Origin: an uncultured Eubacteriales bacterium
GTDB taxonomy: Bacteria; Actinomycetota; Coriobacteriia; Coriobacteriales; Eggerthellaceae
Direction of reading: 5' to 3'
Length of the DNA stretch: 64,000 nucleotides
NCBI GenBank assembly: GCA_963653545.1
Contig: CAVJWZ010000001.1
Span: forward strand, 4,759 to 68,758
Each line of letters starts with the position of its first letter. Position 1 is the stretch's first letter. The translations under genes and the position numbers were made by a program. Shown here in pieces: positions 59,149 to 64,000 of this stretch. The notes beneath the pieces were generated by a model. That model was given only the letters and a program-made list of their open reading frames with translations. It searched no databases and was not told the DNA's origin.

Positions 59149-60180
59149 CTATTCTGCCGGTTGACTTTGCAGTTCTTCGGTGCTGTTAAGAGAATCAAGT
59201 TCATAATACGCGCGAACTTTATCTTCAATTTCATTACGTAGATCAGGATTATTTGCGAGTGATTTTTTAGCAGCTTCTCTTCCTTGACCAAGCCGCTCCT
59301 CTCCGTAGTTAAACCATGAACCACTCTTATTTACAATACCTGCTTCAACACCCATATCAAGGATACAACCTTCTTTTGAGATGCCTTCGCCATACATAAG
59401 ATCAAATTCAGCCTGTCTAAAGGGAGGAGCGACCTTGTTTTTTACTACTTTCGCTCTAACACGATTCCCAATAAACTCACCGTCTTTTTTCATGGATTCA
59501 ATTTTGCGAATATCGATTCGCACGCTTGAATAAAACTTTAAAGCCCTGCCACCCGTAGTTGTCTCGGGACTCCCAAACATCACGCCAATTTTTTCACGCA
59601 GCTGATTGATAAAAATACAAGTAGTATTCGATTTCGATAAAGATCCTGCAAGCTTTCTAAGCGCTTGACTCATTAAGCGCGCTTGAAGCCCTACCGTGGT
59701 ATCTCCAATTTCGCCCTCAATTTCAGCACGAGGAACCAAGGCGGCAACTGAGTCTATAACAACGCAATCAATTGCTCCTGAATGAACAAGCATGTCGCAT
59801 ATCTCGAGAGCCTGCTCTCCTGTATCTGGCTGTGATATGAGCATCTCATCAACATCAACCCCTATTTTTGCTGCATAAACCGGATCAAGGGCATGCTCCG
59901 CATCAATAAAAGCAACAATACCACCAGCGGCTTGAGCCTCAGCAATAATATGAAGCGCTATGGTTGTTTTACCGCTTGATTCTGGACCATATATTTCAAC
60001 AATACGCCCTCTTGGTACCCCACCTATTCCTAAAGCAATATCAAGAGGCAACGACCCAGTTGGAATAATCCCGATATGTAAATCAGAAGTATCACCAAGC
60101 TTCATGATAGAACCTTTGCCAAACTTACGCTCGATTTGATCGGTGGTGAGTTTAAGAGCTTGTTCTAGGTCTTGCTTCAT
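59149..60180 (-). CDS. recA: Recombinase RecA
   Basis: [34 protein letters not shown] and [10 protein letters not shown] motifs. Confidence 0.99.
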   Translation of the reverse strand: MKQDLEQALKLTTDQIERKFGKGSIMKLGDTSDLHIGIIPTGSLPLDIALGIGGVPRGRIVEIYGPESSGKTTIALHIIAEAQAAGGIVAFIDAEHALDPVYAAKIGVDVDEMLISQPDTGEQALEICDMLVHSGAIDCVVIDSVAALVPRAEIEGEIGDTTVGLQARLMSQALRKLAGSLSKSNTTCIFINQLREKIGVMFGSPETTTGGRALKFYSSVRIDIRKIESMKKDGEFIGNRVRAKVVKNKVAPPFRQAEFDLMYGEGISKEGCILDMGVEAGIVNKSGSWFNYGEERLGQGREAAKKSLANNPDLRNEIEDKVRAYYELDSLNSTEELQSQPAE

Positions 60181-60218
60181 ATTTTCCCCTTAAGAGACTG
60201 CTGTATTGAGACGTCAAT

Positions 60219-60247
60219 ACCATACACGAACATTCGTTCGTTTTCAA
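60219..60247 (-). promoter_or_regulatory. recA promoter with a LexA box
   Basis: CGAAC-ATTC-GTTCG (60227-60240) lies in the spacer of minus-strand TTGAAA-17-TATGGT. Confidence 0.88.
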
Positions 60248-60317
60248 GTGTAAATTAGGTATGCTTTTGACTATAGATCTTGGTTTTTTAAATAATTAGA
60301 AAACTACTACCTAGTTT

Positions 60318-61496
60318 TTATAAAGAATTTAATTCATTTTTTAAGAGTTGTAGAGCATGCACAACAGTTTGCTCACGCACCTCTTCCCTGTTCCCGTCAA
60401 AATGCATCTTTTCACTTTTGACTCCTACCGCAGAATTAACACCAAACCACACGGTGCCAACCGGCTTTTTAGGTGTTCCCCCACCAGGACCTGCAATGCC
60501 TGTCACCGACACGGTAACGTCGCATTTGAGCAAGGTAGCAGCACCTTGTGCCATTTGCTGCGCCACAGGTGAACTTACAGCTCCATGATTGTTGAGATCC
60601 TGCAAAGACACCCCAAGAACATGATGTTTCACTTCGTTAGAATAACTAACAACTCCTCCTTTAATCACTACAGAACCTCCCGGTACGGCTGTCAGCGAAC
60701 TAGCTATAAGCCCACCGGTACAACTTTCTGCTGTTCCGAGAGTTATGTTTTTTTCTTTTGCTAACGATATTAATTCTTCTGCTGTCGGAAAAGAACTATT
60801 AACAGCGCTATCAAAAGCGGGTGACATTGAAATAAAGAACGCATCATTGCCCGTTTTATTTGCTTTAGTTTTAAAGCCTAAGACAGTGCCCGCTTTTACA
60901 AAATAATCAAGCATAGATAGCACCGTAAGAACAAGCGCTATGGTCATAACCGACCAAGAAACTACGTAGAGAACACCTTCCATTTCTCCGTGCAGTGAAA
61001 GCAACAGCTCAGATTGCTTAACGATAAAAAACAGGATTGCGATAATTTGAAAAACGGTTTTTGCTTTTCCGTACCAGCTGGCTGCAATAACAACTCCCCT
61101 AGAAGCTGCAACCATACGAAGACCTGAAACAATAAATTCTCGAACTAGAATTATTAACGCTACCCATGAAGGAAGAATTTGAAGTTCAACTAACGATAAA
61201 AGCGCCGAAGCAACTAGAATTTTATCGGCAAGCGGATCCATGAATTTACCAAAATTAGTAATCTCGCCCCTACTTCGAGCGAGATAACCATCGAGTGCAT
61301 CGGTACAAGCAAGAATTGCAAATAAAAAAGCGGCAACCCACGGTTTAGCAAGGTCAGCATAATCCCAGTGCGGAAAATAATCAGGCCAAGGGCATAACAG
61401 GGCTGCGACAAAAACGGGAACGAGTAAAATTCGCGTTAAGGTGACAATATTTGCAGGCGTCCAAAGCTTATCTTCAGGACAATTTTGCTTACCCAC
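60318..61496 (-). CDS. pgsA: Fused phosphatidylglycerophosphate synthase PgsA + CinA/PncC (NMN deamidase) domain
   Basis: N-half has ANIVTLTR and TDALDGYLAR....TNFGKFMDPLADK. C-half has TAESCTGG, YSNE.K and SVTGIAGPGGG..KKPVG. One open frame; GTG 61496 follows GGAGG. Confidence 0.9.
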   Translation of the reverse strand: MGKQNCPEDKLWTPANIVTLTRILLVPVFVAALLCPWPDYFPHWDYADLAKPWVAAFLFAILACTDALDGYLARSRGEITNFGKFMDPLADKILVASALLSLVELQILPSWVALIILVREFIVSGLRMVAASRGVVIAASWYGKAKTVFQIIAILFFIVKQSELLLSLHGEMEGVLYVVSWSVMTIALVLTVLSMLDYFVKAGTVLGFKTKANKTGNDAFFISMSPAFDSAVNSSFPTAEELISLAKEKNITLGTAESCTGGLIASSLTAVPGGSVVIKGGVVSYSNEVKHHVLGVSLQDLNNHGAVSSPVAQQMAQGAATLLKCDVTVSVTGIAGPGGGTPKKPVGTVWFGVNSAVGVKSEKMHFDGNREEVREQTVVHALQLLKNELNSL

Positions 61497-62796
61497 GCAA
61501 GCCCTCCATTTCATACCAGAGGGTATCAGTAATGCGCAAAGATACAACCTCTCCTATCCTGCCCTCTTCAAGATATACGACCCCATCAACTTCGGGAGCT
61601 TGATATTGGGTTCTTCCAAAAAGCTGCCCGTCCTCTTCTTCGCCAAGAATAAGCACGTCATATGCCTTGCCTACTCGTTCTTGAATTTTAGCCACCGAAA
61701 TTGAATCGGCTAAATCACGGAGAATCTGAAATCGTTCAAGTTTGACATCATCATCAATCTGATTGTCTAGTTTTGCAGCAGAAGTGCCCTCTTCAGGGGA
61801 ATACATAAAAATGCCAACGTAATCAAACTCAGCCTGCTCAACAAAATCGCAGAGGTCTTCGAACTGTTCTTGGGTTTCTCCGGGGTATCCAACAATTAAA
61901 GTTGTTCGCAATACAACATCTGAAACGCTGTTTCTGATGAGAGCAACAGTATCAAGATATTCTTGTTTAGAACCGTGTCGATTCATTGAAGATAGTATTG
62001 TTGAATCACAATGCTGTAGAGGTATATCAAAGTAGCTACAAATATTGTCAAATTTATTGACCACCGATAAAAGCTCATCATTGATGCCTTCAGGCTGTAA
62101 ATACATAACTCTAAACCAGGTATTTTCAAAGGTGGAAGCAAGAACTTCTAAAAGATGCGCAAGGCAATCAGGGGTAGAAAAATCGCTTCCCCAGATTCCT
62201 GAATCTTGAGCTATAAGAACAATCTCTTTTGCTCCGCGTAAAACATGCCCCGACACCTCTTCCATAATGGAGGAAAGTGCAAAACTATGATATCTTCCGC
62301 GAATAAATGGAATGGTGCAATATGAACAAAACCTATCACATCCATCTGATATTTTTACATATACGCTTGCTCCTCGTTCAATAATAGGTGCAGCATTAGT
62401 GGCGCTCGATTGCTCGAAAGATTTTTCCGGATTATCAGCAAACAGTGAAGAAACGACCTCAACGATAGAATCTTCTTCAGAACAGGCAACAAAGCAATCA
62501 GGCTCAGTGAGTGTTTCTTCTAGCGAATCACCATAGCGCGAAGGAAGGCATCCGCAAACAACAAGTTTGGTAGTGCCGTCAATAACGGCTTGCTCACTGG
62601 CAATATCAAAAATTACCTCAAGGCTTTCTTCTACTGCGCTTTGAATGAAAGAACAAGTGTTAACAATAACAACATCGGCGTGCTGGGATGGCTCAACAAC
62701 TTTGCAACCTGCTGCAAGTAATTGTTGTTGCATACTTGCCGAGTCAGCTTCATTTTTTGCGCAACCAAGCGTTACAAACGATACGTAAATAGACAT
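61489..62796 (-). CDS. rimO: Ribosomal protein S12 methylthiotransferase RimO
   Basis: LGCAKN, NTCSFI..A.EES, CDRFCSYC, IAQD, DIPLQH and APEVDG motifs. Confidence 0.96.
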   Translation of the reverse strand: MSIYVSFVTLGCAKNEADSASMQQQLLAAGCKVVEPSQHADVVIVNTCSFIQSAVEESLEVIFDIASEQAVIDGTTKLVVCGCLPSRYGDSLEETLTEPDCFVACSEEDSIVEVVSSLFADNPEKSFEQSSATNAAPIIERGASVYVKISDGCDRFCSYCTIPFIRGRYHSFALSSIMEEVSGHVLRGAKEIVLIAQDSGIWGSDFSTPDCLAHLLEVLASTFENTWFRVMYLQPEGINDELLSVVNKFDNICSYFDIPLQHCDSTILSSMNRHGSKQEYLDTVALIRNSVSDVVLRTTLIVGYPGETQEQFEDLCDFVEQAEFDYVGIFMYSPEEGTSAAKLDNQIDDDVKLERFQILRDLADSISVAKIQERVGKAYDVLILGEEEDGQLFGRTQYQAPEVDGVVYLEEGRIGEVVSLRITDTLWYEMEGLRG

Positions 62797-62805
62797 ACCA
62801 AACCT

Positions 62806-63303
62806 TTATCGGTAGTTAACAAACTGAAGAGGTTGACCGTAATCATTGCTCTTTACCAACGAAATTACCTCTTGTAAAGTATCAAGCTTTGGGCCAGAAA
62901 CACGAATCTTGTCACCTTCTATAGTTACCTTTACTTTTAGTTTAGCGCCCTTGATGTCTTTATTGATTTTAGAAGCGGTTTCTCGGTCAATTCCCTCAAT
63001 AAGAGTTGCTGCTTGGCGCACCGTACCCCCTGCAGCAGCTTCTAATTTACCCCACTTCAAAGAAGATAAATCAATACCTCTTTTAACAAGTTTGGAAGTT
63101 AAAATATCGCTAATTTGTTTAACAATAAAATCGCTTGGCGCATTAATAGTTATTGTTTTTGCTGTTTTGTCAAAGGTTATTTCTGAACCGGTGTCTTTAA
63201 GGTCATAGCGCTGAGAAAGCTCTTTTTTTGCTTGTCCAAACGCATTGTCGACTTCTTGTATATTAATTTGTGACACGACATCAAAGCTAGAATCTTTAGC
63301 CAT
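62806..63303 (-). CDS. yajQ: YajQ-family nucleotide/c-di-GMP-binding protein
   Basis: SFDVVS, EVDNA...KEL.QRYD.K and PLQFVNYR motifs. Confidence 0.94.
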   Translation of the reverse strand: MAKDSSFDVVSQINIQEVDNAFGQAKKELSQRYDLKDTGSEITFDKTAKTITINAPSDFIVKQISDILTSKLVKRGIDLSSLKWGKLEAAAGGTVRQAATLIEGIDRETASKINKDIKGAKLKVKVTIEGDKIRVSGPKLDTLQEVISLVKSNDYGQPLQFVNYR

Positions 63304-63346
63304 GAATAATCCTTTCTTTCATGTTAGAAAAACCGAAAAATTGTTT

Positions 63347-64000
63347 TTATTCTACGCTATTAGTAGAAGATGAACTTGATGAAGAGGTGCTTTTCTGAGT
63401 AGAAGACGAAGTGGTTGATGAAGTGGCTGAGGTGGTGGTTGATGCAGTAGTTGATGAACTGGATTTTTTCGCATTAGGATGGGCTGCATACCATTTTTCT
63501 AAAAACTCTTCAAAGGTATAGGTAACAGAAACAATGCCGTTTTCATTGGCGCTAATAGTTTGAGCCTCTCCGTTTATTGAAACGCTAACTCCTTCCGAAC
63601 TTCCTGCAACAAATTCAATCTTAGATGAAAAAGCATATTCTTTAGAAGCAGGACCATCGACCTCTCCCGCTTCTTTCTGCTCATCGTTGACATAAACTTC
63701 AATCCAAGCAGAACTACCTTCAGCTACCTGATAGGAAAACGTAAATTCGGTAGGAGCGGTTTCCTGCACAACTTCTTGTTCGCTCGTTTTCTTGCTTTCA
63801 ACCCCTGTTACCGGAATATTTTGCTGTTCTTCAGGTTGATTTGAGCAGGAAGTAACTGCAAACACAATGATAAGAACGATAGCTACTACAATTCCCGCTA
63901 TTACGAAAGGCAGCTTTGATCGCTTAACATAGCTTGCTGGAGCACTTGAAACCATATTTCCGTACTTCCCATCAACAACTGCTGGTCGTCGCGAGCGGTG
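63347..64000 (-). CDS. RodZ-like membrane protein (C-terminal DUF4115-like domain), 5'-partial
   Basis: The frame stays open to the window edge. One TM helix is followed by a beta-rich domain (AWIEVYV) and a Ser/Thr tail; lies upstream of rimO-pgsA, where rodZ usually sits. Confidence 0.65.
   Translation of the reverse strand, partial: HRSRRPAVVDGKYGNMVSSAPASYVKRSKLPFVIAGIVVAIVLIIVFAVTSCSNQPEEQQNIPVTGVESKKTSEQEVVQETAPTEFTFSYQVAEGSSAWIEVYVNDEQKEAGEVDGPASKEYAFSSKIEFVAGSSEGVSVSINGEAQTISANENGIVSVTYTFEEFLEKWYAAHPNAKKSSSSTTASTTTSATSSTTSSSTQKSTSSSSSSSTNSVE

Overview
This is a 64 kb stretch of core chromosome from an anaerobic actinobacterium, most likely Coriobacteriia (Eggerthellaceae-like). That assignment is inferred from gene content and order. 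GC looks low for the group (low 40s % by eye, not computed). I saw no prophage, IS, CRISPR or rRNA. From left to right it carries: rapZ-yvcK-whiA-gap-pgk-tpiA-gpmI-secG; six tRNAs; a yybP-ykoY (Mn2+) riboswitch before a TerC gene; rnd and xseAB; convergent ackA/pta; dinB; ileS-lspA-rluD; coaBC; a complete echABCDEF [NiFe] hydrogenase; and two phenylacetate-CoA ligase + ACT modules around iorAB. A minus-strand block follows: rodZ-yajQ-rimO-pgsA/cinA-recA-recX-rny-ATPase-spoVS-miaB-miaA-dapF-hflX, plus lexA/nrdR/dut. Gene orientation flips from + to - at about 48.6 kb, exactly at a 28-bp dif-like XerCD site, so the window probably spans the replication terminus. Best leads: (1) an Ech + aryl-CoA ligase + IOR cluster that could do H2-driven reductive carboxylation of aryl acids; (2) a LysM-less, tail-anchored candidate SOS division inhibitor behind three LexA boxes spaced 28 bp apart; (3) an orphan GHKL ATPase coupled to rny in the ymdB slot; (4) a CobD/HisC-fold protein missing its PLP lysine; (5) a PgsA-CinA fusion; (6) a GarA-like FHA protein next to iorA; (7) a tRNA-Val with C33. 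All calls come from motif recognition by eye; no searches were run.
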